From assembly GCF_009914755.1 (NCBI RefSeq), contig NC_060929.1: a stretch of DNA of 64,000 bases; one strand, given 5' to 3'. A program made the position numbers and the translations under genes. Source of the stretch: the human T2T-CHM13v2.0 reference genome, Homo sapiens. This document shows, piece after piece, positions 27,337 through 39,764 of this stretch; position 1 is the first letter of the stretch, and the number at the start of each line of letters is the position of its first letter. The notes under the pieces are model-generated. The model made no database searches and had not been told where the DNA came from. It was given only the letters and a program-made list of their open reading frames with translations.

Positions 27337-30300
27337 TTTTTTTTTTTTTTTTTTTTAATTATGCTTGAGTTCTGGGACATGCGCAGAACGTGCAGGTTTG
27401 TTATATAGTATACATGTGCCATGGTGGTTTGCTTCACCCATCAACCCGTCATCTACCTTAGGTATTTCTCCTAATGCTATTCCTTCCCTTGGCCCCAAAC
27501 CTGACAGGCCCCAGGGTGTGATGTTCCCCTCCCTTTGCCCATATGTTTTCATTGTTCAACTCCTACTTATGGGTGAGAACATGCAGTGTTTGGTTTTCTG
27601 TTCCTGTGTTACCTTGCTGAGAATGATGATTCCCAGGTTCATCCATGTCCCTGCAAATGGTATGAACTCATTCTTTTTTATGGCTGCATAGTATTCCATC
27701 ATGTATATGTGCCACATTTTCTCTATCCAGTCTATTATTGATGGGCATTTGGGTTGGCTCCAAGTCTTTGCTATTATGAATACTGCTGCAATAAACATAC
27801 ATGCATCTTTGTAATAGAATGGTTTATATTCCTTCAGGTATGTACCCAGTAATGGGATTGCTGGGTCAACTGGTATTTCTAGTTCTAGATCCTTGAGGAA
27901 TCACCACATCATCTTGCACAATGGTTGAACTGATTTACACTCCCACCAACAGTGTAAAAGCATTCCTATTTCTCCACATCCTCTCCAGCATCTGTTGTTT
28001 CCTGACATTTTAATGATCGCCATTCTAACTGGTGTGAGATATTATCTCATTGTGGTTTTTATTTGCATTTCTCTAATGAGTGATCATGAGCTTTTCTTCA
28101 TATGTTTGTTGGCCACATAAATGTCTTCTTTTGAGAGGTGTCTGTTTATATCCTTTGCCCACTTTTTGATGATTTGTTGTTGTTGTTGTAAATTTGTTTA
28201 AGTTCCTTGTAGAATCTGGGTATTAGCCTTTTGTCACATGAATAGATTGCAAAACTTCTCTCCTATTCTGTAGGTTGTCTGTTCACTCTGATGATAGTTT
28301 CTTTTGCTGTACAGAAGCTCTTTAGTTTAATTAGGTCCCATTTGTCAATTTTGGCTTTTGTTGCCATTGTTTTTGGTGTTTTAGTCATGAGGTCTTTGCC
28401 CATGCCTATGTCCTGAAAAGTATTGCCTAGGTTTTCTTCTAGAGTTTTTACGGTTTTAGGTCTTACATTTAAATTTTTAATCCATCTTGAGTTAATTTTT
28501 GTATAAGGTGTAAGGAAGGGGTCCAGTTTCAGTTTTCTGCATATGGCTAGCCAGTTTTTCCAGCACCATTAATTGAATAGGGAATCATTTCCCCAGTGCT
28601 TGTTTTTGTCATGTTTGTCAAAGATTAGATGGTTGTAGATGTGTGGTGTTATTTCTGAGGCCTCTGTTCTTTTCCATTGGTCTATGTGTCTGTTTTGGTA
28701 CCAGTACCAAGCTGTTTTGGTTACTGTAGCCTTGTAGTATAGTTTGAAGCCAGGTAGTGTGGTGCCTCCAGCTTTGTTCTTTTTTCTTAGGATTGTCTTG
28801 GCTATATGAGACCTTTTTGGTTCCATACGAAATTTAAAGTAGCTTTTTTTCTAATTCTGTGAGAAAAGTCAATGATAGCTTGATGGGAATAGCATTGATT
28901 CTATAAATTACTTTGGGCAATATGGCCATTTTCATGATATTGTTTCCTTCCATCCATGATCATGGAATGTTTTTCCATTTTTTGTGCCCTCTCTTATTTC
29001 CATGAGCAGTGCTTTGTAGTTGTCTTTGAAGAGGCCCTTCACATCCCATGTAAGTTGTATTCCTAGGTATTTTATTCTCTTCATAGCAATTGTGAATAGG
29101 AGTTCACTCATGATTTGGCTCTCTATTATTCATGTATAGGAATGCTTTTGATTTTTGCACATTGATTTTGTATGCTGAGACTTTGCTGATGTTGCTTATC
29201 AGCTTTAAGAGTTTTTGTGCTGAGATGATGGGGTTTTCTATATATACAATCACATTGATATTCATCAGAAATATTGGCCTGACATATTTTGTTGTTATTG
29301 TTGTGTTTCTGCCAGGTTTTGGTATCAGGATGATGCTGGCCTCATAAAAAGAGTTAGGGAGGAGTCTCTCCTTTTCTATTGCTTGGAATAATTTTAGAAG
29401 GAATGGTACCAACTCCTCTGGTAGAATTTGGCTGTGAATCCATCTGGTCCTGCACTGTTTTTGGTTGGTAGGCTATTAATTACTGCCTCAATTTCAGAAT
29501 TTGTTATTGGTCTATTCCGGGATTCAACTTCTTCCTGGTTTAGTCTTGGGAGGGTGTATGTGCCCAGAAATTTATTCATTTCTTCTAGATTTTCTAGTTT
29601 ATTTTTGTAGAGATGTTTATAGTATCTCTGATGGTAGTTTGTATATCTGTGGGATCAGTGGTGATATACCCTTTGTCATTTTTATTGTGTCTAGATTCAT
29701 CTCTTTTTTCTTTTATTAGCCGGGCTAGGGATCTATTTTGTTAATCTTTTCAAAAAGCCATCTCCTGGATTCATTGATTTTTTGAAGGGTTTTTCATGGC
29801 TCTATCTCCTTCAGTTCTGCTCTGATCTTAGTTATTTCTTGTCTTCTGCTAGCTTTTGAATTTATTTACTCTTGCTTCTCTAGTTCTTTCAATTGTGATG
29901 TTAGGGTGTTGATTTTAGATCTTTCCTGTTTTCTCCTGTGGGTATTTAGTACTATAAATTTCCCTCTAAACACTGCTTTAGGTGTGTCCCAGTGATTTTG
30001 GTACATTGTGTCTTTGTTCTCATTGGTTTCAAAGAACTTATTTATTTCTGCCTTAATGTCATTGTTTCCCCAGTAGTCATTCAGGAGCAGGTTTGTTCAG
30101 TTTTCACGCAGTTGTGCCATTTTGAGTGAGTTTCTTAATCCTGAGTTCTAATTTGATTGCACTGTGCTCTGAGAGACTGTTTGTTATGACTTCCATTCTT
30201 TTGCATTTGCTGAGGAGTGTTTTACTTCCAATTATGTGGTCAATTTTCGAATAAGTGTAATGTACTGCTGAGAAGAATGTATGTTCTATTGATTTGGGTT

Positions 30301-32820
30301 GGAGAGTTCTGTAGATGTCTATTAGGTCCACTTGGTCCAGAGCTGATAAAAGTCTCTTTTGTCAGAGACTAGGATTGCAACCCCTGTGTTTTTCTGCTTT
30401 TCATTTGCCTTTTGCTTGGTAAATCTTCCTCCATCCTTTTATTTTGAGCCTGTGTGTCTTTACACGTGAGATGGGTCTCCCGAATGCAGCACATTGATGG
30501 GTTTTGACTCTTTATCCAATATGCCAGTCTTTGCCTTTTAATTGGGGCATTTAGCCCATTTATATTTAAGGTTAATATTGTTACGTGTGAATTTGATTCT
30601 GTCTTTATGACGCTAGCTGGTTATTTTGCCCATTAGTTGATGCAGTTTCTTCATAGTGTCGATGGTCTTTACATTTTGGTTTGTTTTTTCAGTGGTTTGT
30701 ACCTTTTGTTTTCTCCATATTTAGTACTCCCTTCAGAAGCTCTTGTAAGCCAGGCCTGGTGGTGAAAAAATCCCTCAGCATTTGCTTTTCTGTAAAGGAT
30801 TTTATTTCTCCTTCACTTATGAAGCCTAGTTTGGGTGGATATGAAATTCTGGGTTGAAAATTCCTTTTTGTAAGAATTTTGAATATTGACCCCCACTCTC
30901 TTCTGGCTTGTAGAATTTCTGCAGAGAGATCCACTGTTAGTCTGATGGACTTCCCTTTATGGGTAACCTATTATTTTTCTCTGGCTTCCCTTAGCATTTT
31001 TTGTTGCTCTTCTCAAGGAGTATCTTTGTGGTGTTCTGTGTATTTTCTGAATTTGAATGTTGGCCTGTCTTCCAATCAAACATAGGTGGTTTTTTCACAT
31101 AGTCCCATATTTCTTGAAGGCTTTGTTCATTCCTTTTCATTCTTTTTTCTCTAATCTTGTCTTCACGCTTTATTTCATTTAGTTGATCTTCAATCTCTGA
31201 TATCCTTTCTTCCTCTTGCTCAATTCAGCCATTGATACTTGTGTATGCTTCATGAGGTTCTCGTGCTGTGTTTTTCAACTCCATCAGGTCATTTATGTAC
31301 TTCTCTAAACTAATTATCCTAGTTAGCCATTCGTCTAACCTTTTATCAAGGTCCTTAGCTTCCTTGCGTTGTGTTAATATATGCTTCTTTAGCTCTGAGG
31401 AGTTTGTTATTACCCACCTTCTGAAGCCCACTTCTGTCAGTCCATCAAACTCATTCTCCATCCAGTTTTTTCCCTTGCTGGTGAGGAATTGTGATCCTTT
31501 GGAGGAGAAGAGACCTTTGCTCTTGGTGACCTTTGGATGGAGTTTTTGCGTGATCGTACTTTTTGTTGATGTTGATGGTATTACTTTCTGTTTGTTAGTT
31601 TTTCTACTTACAGGCCCCTGTTCTGCAGGTCTGCTGGAGTTTGCTGGAGCTCCGCTCCAGACGCTGTTTGCCTGGATATCACCAGCAGAAGCTGCAGAAC
31701 AGCAAAGATTGTTGCCTGCTCCTTCCTCTGGAAGCTTTGACCCAGAGGGACATCCACCAGATGCCAGCCAGACCTCTCTTGTATTAGTTGTCTGTCGAGC
31801 CCTTCTGGGAGGTGTCTCCCGATCAGGAGGCCTGGGGTTCATGGACCCATTTGAAAAGGCAGCCTGTCTCTTAGTAGAGCTCGATTGCTATACTGGGAGA
31901 TCTGCTGCTCTCTTCCAAGCTGGAAAGCAGGAACATTTAATTCTGCTGAAGCTGAGCCCACAGCTGGCCCTTCCCCCAGCTACACTGTCCCAGGGAGATG
32001 GGAATTTTATCTATAAGCCCCTGACTGGGGCTGCTGCCTTTCTTTCAGAGGTGCCCTCCCAAGAGAGGAGGAATCTAGAGAGGCAGTCTGGCTACAGTGA
32101 GTTTGCTGTGCTGCAGTGGGCTCCGCACAGTCAGATCGTCCCAGTGGCTTTGTTTACACTGTGAGGGGAAAACTGCCTACTCAAGCCTCAGTAATGGCAG
32201 ATGCCTCTCCTCCCACCAAGCTTGAGCATCCCAGGCCAACTTCAGACTGCTGTGCTGGGAGCGAGAATTTCAAGCCAGTGGATCTTAGCTTGCTGGGCTC
32301 CATGGGATCCACTGAACAAGACCACTTGAATCCCTGGATTTAGCCTCCTTTCTAGGGGTGTGAACAGTTCTGTCTTGCTGGTGTTCCAGGCACCACTGGG
32401 GTATAAAAATAAACTCCTGCAGCTAGCTCGGTGTCTGCCCAAATGGCTGCCCAGTTTTGTGCTTGAAACCCAGGGCCCTTGTGGTTTAGTCATCCAAAAG
32501 AATCGCCTGGTCTGTGGGTTGCAAAGATCATGGGAAAAGTGTAGTACCTGGGCCAGATAGCATGGTCCCTCATGGCATGGTCTCTCATGGCTTCCCTTGG
32601 TTGTGGGGAGGGAGTTCCCCAACCCTTTGCACTTCCCAGGTGAGCCAGTGCTCCAGCCTGCTTCTGCTCACCCTCCATGAACTGCACCCACTGTCTAACC
32701 AGTCCCTGTGAGATGAAGCGTGTACCTCAGTTGACAGTGCTGAAATCACCCACCTTCTGCATTGGTCTTACTGGGAGCTGAAGACCGGAGATGTTCCTAT
32801 TCAGCCATCTTGCCCAGAAA
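27337..32820 (-). mobile_element. Full-span L1PA7-like LINE-1 with several internal deletions (element D)
   Basis: T20 tail, 3'UTR, ORF2/ORF1 remnants, 5'UTR ending cagccatcttgccc. Confidence 0.85.
32194..32343 (+). pseudogene. ORF0-like antisense ORF in the L1PA7-like 5'UTR (49 aa)
   Basis: MADASPPTKLEHPRPTSDCCAG aligns with ORF0 MAGAPPPASLPPCSLISDCCAS; gtaATGG context. Confidence 0.5.
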
Positions 32821-32823
32821 TCA

Positions 32824-35800
32824 ATTACCGTTCTTTTGCATTTGCTGAGGAGTGTTTTACTTCCAATTATGTGATCAATTTTAGAGTAAGTGCCATGTGG
32901 CACTGAGAAAAATGTATAGTCTGTTGTTTTGGGGTCGAGAGTTCTGTAGATATCTATCAGGTCAACTTGATCCAGAGCTGAGTTCAAGTCCTGAATATCC
33001 TTGTTAATTTTCTGTGTGGTAGATCTAATATTGTCAGTGGGGGTGTTAAAGTCTCCCACTATTACTGATTTGGAGTCTAAATCTCTTGGTAGGTCTCTAA
33101 TAACTTGTTTTATGAATCTAGGTGCTCCTGTATTGGGTGCGTATATATTTAGGATAGTTAGCTCTTCTTGCTGAATTGATCCCTTTACCATTATGTAATG
33201 CCCTTCTTTTTTTGATCTTTTTTAATTTAAAGTCTGTTTTGTCAGAAACTAGGATTGCAACCCTTGCTTTTTTCTTCTTTCCATTTGCTTGGTAAATTTC
33301 CCTTCATCCCTTTATTTTGAGCCTATGTGTGTGTGTTTGCACTTGAGACGGGTCTTTCAAATACAGCCCACTGATGGGTCTTGACTTTTTATCCAATTTG
33401 TCAGTCTGTTTTTTTTTTTTCCCACTGGGGCATTTATCCCATTTAAATTCAAGGTTAATGTTGTTATGTGTGAATTTGATCCTGTCATTATGATTCTAGC
33501 TGGTTGTTTTGCTCACTAGTTGATGCAGTTTCTTTATAATGTCATGGGTCTTTGTACTTCAGTGTGTTTTTGCAGTGGCTGATACCAGTTTTACCTTTCC
33601 ATATTTAGTGCTTCCCTCAGGACCTCTTGCAAGGCAAGCCTGGTGGTGATGAATTCCCTCAGCATTTGCTTGTCTGAAAAGGATGTTATTTCTCCTTCAC
33701 TTATGAAGCTTAGTTTGGCTGGATATAAAATTCTGTGTTGAAAATCCTTTTTCTTAAGAATCTTGAATATTGGCCCCCACTCTCTTCTGGCTTACAGGGT
33801 TTCTGCTGAGAGGTCCCTTGTTATTCTGATGGGCTTGCTTTTGTAGGTGACCTGGCCTTTCTCTCTGGATTTCCTTAACATTTTTTCCTTCATTTTGACC
33901 TTGGAGAATCATGTCCTTGGTGAGCATGTGTCTTGGGGTGGTGAGTATGTGTCTTGGGGTTGATCTTCTTGTGGAGTGTCTTACTGGGATTCTCTGTATT
34001 TCCTGAATTTGAATGTTAGCCTGTCTTGCTAGGTTGGGGAAGTTCTCCTGGATGATATCCTGAAGTGTGTTTTCCAACTTGGTTCCATTCTCCGTGTCCC
34101 TTTTAGGTACTCCAGTCAGTCATAGGTTCAGTCTTTTGCATAGTTCCATAGTTCTTGGGGGTTTTGTTCACTCCTTTTCATTCTTTTTTCTCTAATCCTG
34201 TCTGCCTTTCTTATTTCAGCAAGGTAGTCTTCAAGCTCTAATATTCTTTCTTCTGCTTGATCGATTCAGCTATTGATACTTGTGTTTGCATCACGAAGTT
34301 CTTGTGCTGTGTTTTTCAGCTCCATCAGTTCATTTATGTTCCTCTGTAAACTGGTTATTCTAGTTAGCAGCTCCTGTAACCTTTTATCATGGTTCTTAGC
34401 TTCTCTTTGCATTGGGTTAGAACATGCTCCTTCACCTCAGTGAAGTTGGTTATAACCCATCTTCTGAAGCCTACTTCTGTCAGTTTATCTATCTCATCCT
34501 CTGTCCATTTCTGTGCCCTTGCTGGAGAGGTGTTGTGATCATTTGGAGGTGAAGAGGCACTCTGACCTTTTGAGTTTTCAGTTGTTTTTTTTTTTTTCAT
34601 TGATTCTTTCTTATCTTCATGAGTTGGTGTAGTTTTGATCTTTTAGGTTGCTGACCTTTGGGTGAGGATTTTGTGGGGACTGTTTTGTTGATGCTGTTGT
34701 TGTTGCTGTTTGTTTTTCTTTAAATAGTCAAGTCTCTCTTCTGTTGGGCTGCTGCAGTTTTCTGGGGTTTTAATTAAGACTCTATTCATCTGGGTCCCTC
34801 CCTCACCTGGAGATGTCACCCAAGGGGGCTGGAGAACAGCAAAGATGGGTGCCTGCTTTTTCCTCTGGGATCTCTGACTCAAGGGGCACTAACCTGATGC
34901 CAGTAGGAATGCTCCTGTATAAGGTGACTGGTGACCCCTGTTTGGGGGTCTCACCCTGTTGTGGGGCACAGGATTCAGGATCTGTTTAATGAAGCACTTT
35001 GGCTGTTCCTTGGTGGAGGGGGTGTTCTGCACTGGGGGGAAACCCACTCATCTGAGCTGCCTGGATTCCTCAGAACTATCAAGGGTAAAGACTAACTCTG
35101 CTGGTCCATGGAGGCCATGGAAACCTCTCCCCCTGTGGCTCAGGCCCAGGGAGATCAGAGTTTTGTCTCTAAACCTCTGGCTGGAGTTGCTGGAGTTCCT
35201 ACAGAGAGGCCCTGCCCAGTGAAGAGAAATGGCTCAGGGTCTGGCCTAAAGAGGCAGTTTGGCCTCGATCTGCCGCAGCCAGTGTGCTACACCTCTTGGG
35301 ACCAAGCCATCCAGTCTCCCCAGCAACAGCAGGGGAAGAATTGTTGGCTTGAAGCTACGGTAATGCTGCTGCCCGCTCCCCAGTGCCCCTTTAGCCCCCC
35401 GCAGTTCACTGTCTTAGGCAGCTAGAAGCACAGTGATGGCTGCTGTCCCTCTCCTGGGGAGCTCAGTTTTTTTAGGCATCAGGCAGCTGCAGTGATGATG
35501 GCCACCCTCTCTCAGGGAGCTCATTTGTCTTAGGCAAGTGGCAGCTGCAGTGATGGCTGCCATCCTTTCCCCAGGAGTTCAGTGTCTTAGGCCCCTGGGA
35601 GCCACAGTGATGGCTGCTGTTCTTCCCCTAGGGAGCTGAGATGGCTTAGACAGCAGGCAGCCCGAGTGGTGGTGGCCGCTCCTCCCTGGGGAACTCGGTA
35701 GTATTAGGCTGATTCCAGCGGAATATGTGCTGAGAATCTGTGTGGCTCCTACGGTTGGGACCCAAGGCCCTGGTGGCATGGGTTCATGAGTGGGATCTTC

Positions 35801-36104
35801 TGATCTGTGGGTTGCACAGATCCATGGAAAAAGTGTAGTTTCCCAGGACAGATAACATGCTCACTCACCACCTTTGTTGGCTGGAGGTGGGGGATCTCCT
35901 TGCCCCATGTGGCTCTCAGGTGGGCCAACGCACCATGCTGCTTTTCCTTGCTCTCCGTGGGTTATGCCAATCACCTAGTCAGTCCTGATGATAGAACCTG
36001 GATACCTTGGATGCCATTACAGTATTGGCACAGTTTGGTTTCTTCTCAGTGGGAGCCTCTGACTGCTGCTGCTTCTAGTTGGCCATCTTGGCCCCACCCC
36101 CTCT
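32824..36104 (-). mobile_element. L1PA8A/L1PA10-like LINE-1, 5' half (element A resumed)
   Basis: EN domain resumes where it was broken at 23702 (gttcttttgcatttgc); EN and ORF1 remnants; 5' end ggccatcttggcccc. Confidence 0.85.
35400..35715. repeat. Degenerate ~58-bp tandem array (~5.5 units) in the 5'UTR of element A
   Basis: Recurring ttaggca...gcagtgatggctgc...cc..gggagctca. Confidence 0.75.
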
Positions 36105-36533
36105 ATTAAATTTTATTAGGAAAAATAAATGATAGTAAGCTAGTGAATCCAAAAGAACATTTATAAGTTCCAGGACAGTGTGTAAAAGCACAGCAGTCAC
36201 AGAAGGTGAGACTGCAGACCGCAGAATGTGTGCTTTTGTGACCACAAGTGTGGGCAACCAAGAACACAGATGGAGTTCGGTCAATTGTATTAGAGCATTA
36301 GAAATTACTAGGACTGAACTGTACAGACCTTCCCTCCTAGTTGCCTCATTACAGGTCCCTTCCCTATGTTAAGGATACTAGGATGAAAACAAGACTCATT
36401 CAAACAAAGTAAACATTAATCCAGAGCAAATCAACTTGTCCCGCAAGGAGTTTCATCTTGGAGAAATTGGTTTGGGGAGAAGGTTAGAAAAGGTTGTGTA
36501 GTTTAAAAGAATATGACAAAATATAGAAATGAA

Positions 36534-36900
36534 TGACGGTTTCCAGCTTCATCCATGTCCCTGCATAGGACATGAACTCATCCTTTTTTTATGGCTGCTT
36601 AGTATTCCATGGTGTATATATGCCACATTTTCTTAATCCAGTCTATCATTGATGGACATTTGGGTTGGTTCTAAGTCTTTGTTATTGTGAATAGTGAGAA
36701 CACATGGACACAGGGTGGGGATCATCACACATGGGAGCCAGTCGGGGGGTGGGGGCTGGGGGAGGGATAGAATTAGGAGAAATACCTAATGTAAATTACG
36801 AGTTGATGGGTGCAGCAAACCAACATGGCACATGTATATCTGTGTAACAAACCTCCACGTTGTGCACATGTACCCTAGAACTTAAAGTTTAAAAAAAAAA
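36534..36900 (+). mobile_element. Short L1PA6-like insertion with 5' inversion
   Basis: Inverted arm ~36534-36694, sense 3'UTR ~36695-36890, A tail, TSD AGAAATGAA (36525-36533 and 36901-36909). Confidence 0.9.
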
Positions 36901-38409
36901 AGAAATGAAATTTAGTTTGCATTTTAAATAAGACCGTTCTTAGCTCACATGCTGGGAAACTTCTTATATGCCTTCATGTAAATCCCCTTGTATCTCCCAC
37001 TGTCTTAATTGTCTCTTGGTTAAAGGAATCTAGCCTAACACAAGCACTATGTTTCTGGAACCCTGGTGCTCCTTGGAGAGTCCCTGTTAGTTTGAGTTTT
37101 CCATCCTGTGCTACGATAAAGGTGTTTGGGCTTTACCAAATGTGTGGAACTCGAGCCAACATTGAAAATTTTTAATCTTGTTGAATGCAAGTGTATTTCA
37201 AAAGCCATTCTCTTTGAGGTAAGGCAATATGTATAGATAGATTCCCTCCTCTCCTCCAGATGTGGTAAAAGCTCAGTGACAATATTATCCTCTTGATGAA
37301 ATATTTTTCTCATTTGAGTTTATATTCACAAGTGATTAACATCCTTCTCCATCTACCCATCTTTATTCAGATAACCTTGATTGTCTGTATGGCTGGACTG
37401 GAATACTAAGTACTGTTTTGTGTGCGTAATCTTTTCTGGAATAACTGCTAAAGAGCATGTAAATTCATTTATTTTATAAATTCTTTGGGGTGACAGGCCA
37501 AAGATATGGAAATACTGATTATATTATTAACTTTTTGGATCATTTACATTTGAAGAACATGAGAAACTTAATATTGAACTAATTCAAGTTCTAAGGCTCT
37601 GAGAAAAACCATACTTAAGTAGGAAAGAGGCCAAGTCAAATTACATCCAAGCATTGGGAACTTATCTGGTTAAGACTGAGCAGAATGAAAAATTGGGAGG
37701 AAGTTCCTCGAACTTTGTGCTTTTAACTCTCAAGAGCAAGAAAATTAAATTTTGAAGTACAATTACTTTGGAATTGAATGTTTTTGGACTTCAACTTGCA
37801 AGGAAATTTAATCTCTGATCTCTTCTCTCTGGGAATTTGATAATAGAAAGGGGTTTATATTCAATTCTGGTGCATCTCTACGTTGGCATTTCATTATTGG
37901 AGTATCTTCATGTTGTCATTTAATCTGATTGCAGGATCAATGATGTGCTATTTTGGGTAATGTTGCTGGATGTAACTTGGGAACCAATATAAAAAAGAGG
38001 ATGAGTTTGGTTTTCAGCTTTGGGTACAGAGTGAGATTGATTTAATTAATACTTATTTCTGAGAAAGTTCAGAATATGCTGGAGTAAAATCTAAAGTGTC
38101 TGCAAGTTGTCCCAGGATAATATATAATACATAAAAGAGCAGTGGCCAATCTTAGGAGAGTGGTTTTGTGAAGGTGGGAATAAGACCCTTCTCTGATAGA
38201 TTTCTCATTTCCCCTTAAAGGGAAATTCTCAGCCCTAGTGACCACAGGCTTAATGATTAAGTTTAATAGTTAAGAGAACAAAAAACTGGTGAATGTTAGT
38301 AGTTAATACTCCTTCTCAATTTCTATTCTTTTTTTCCATGAGGAAGGAGGCCAAATAGTGTGACTCCTAGTCCTCCTCCTTTACACATTCTACTTCAGGA
38401 CAGGGAAGA

Positions 38410-39430
38410 AGAGTTATTTATATAGTTTAGATACTAGTCCTTTCTCTTATATGTGATTTGCAAATGTTTTTCTCTCAATTTTTAGTTTGTCTTTTTATTT
38501 TCTTAACAGTAACTTTTGCAGAGCAAAATTTCTAATTTTGATAAAATCTAGTTTTTAATTGTTTTCCTTTATGGGTTATGCTCCTGTTGTAATGTCTATG
38601 GGCTCTTCACAGAACCCTAAGTCATGAGTATGTTTCCTGTGTTTTCTTCTAAAACTTCTATTATTTGATGTTTCATATTTATATCTATAATTCATTTTGA
38701 GTTCGTTTTTATATAAGATGAGAAATTTAAGTCAAAGTTCATTTTTTATTGCACACTGATATCCAATTTCTCCATACCAATTTTTAAAAAGACTATTCTC
38801 TAGCTATTGATTTTTTTTACATCTTTGTAAAAAAATCAAATGGCCATTTTTGTGTGAATGTATTTCTAGACTTTCTTTTGTGTTCCATTGCTTCATATGC
38901 TATCCTTCACTAATATCACATTGTCATAATAATGATATTTTTGGAAAATGTTAAATTCCCTTCCTGCAATACTTTTCCTTTTTCAAAATTGTTTTAGCTA
39001 TTTTATTTCCTTTGCCCTTCCACATACATTTTAGAATCAGCTTGTTTATATCTATAAAATGATGTTTTAAAATTTTGATTGGTATTCCATTAAGTCTATG
39101 TTGAATTTTCTAATCCAAGATTACAGTATTTCTCTTCATTTATTTAGATTGACTTTTATTTGCATTTTTAAAATATTTCAATTTTGAATTCCTGTACATA
39201 TTTTGTTAGATTTATAATGTTTAATTTTTGTTGCAACTATGAATTTTTTTGTTTTTAATTTAATTTTTCAAATTGTAAATTGCTAATATATATAGATTTT
39301 GTGTGCTGACTGTTTATCTTGTGAAATCATTAAACTCAGTAGTTTTAAAGGATTTTTTTGGTAGATTCCTTGGGATTTACTATGAAGCTAACCTTGCAGT
39401 TCTTAAATAGAGATATTCCTCATGTCTGTC
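38410..39430 (-). mobile_element. Ancient L1M ORF2 fragment
   Basis: T-rich degenerate L1 ORF2 motifs (tgatatccaattt, ttttagaatcagcttg, gtagattccttggga). Confidence 0.6.
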
Positions 39431-39764
39431 TTTTCTATAGATATTCCTCTTTTTCCTTTTTCTCTAAGCAGAATTTCTGACAGACTCATGAAATTTAGGT
39501 TATTAAATTGAACTTTAAAACCTTCTAAGAGGGTGAGGCCTTTATCATCTCTGAGACTTTAAAAGTTTATACTTTTAGGGTAAGAGTGAACTGGAAACAG
39601 TTCTCTCCTTTCAGAGGTAAAGCACTACTTGAAATCCTCATATTCCCTGAAAGAATGAAGGTTATCTTAATTTGCTAGTGCCCTTAACCCCTTGCCAGGG
39701 AAAAAAATAAATTCTTCATGGAAGAAAACAAAATAACCATATACTTCAAGCTATCCCTAGCATA

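Noticed and set aside
31225-32164. 298-aa (+) and 205-aa (-) ORFs
   Set aside because: They overlap a decayed L1 5'UTR/ORF1 junction and span a deletion; no recognisable domain beyond ORF1 remnants
38208-38228. Short imperfect palindrome atttccccttaaagggaaat
   Set aside because: Within chance expectation for 64 kb of AT-rich DNA
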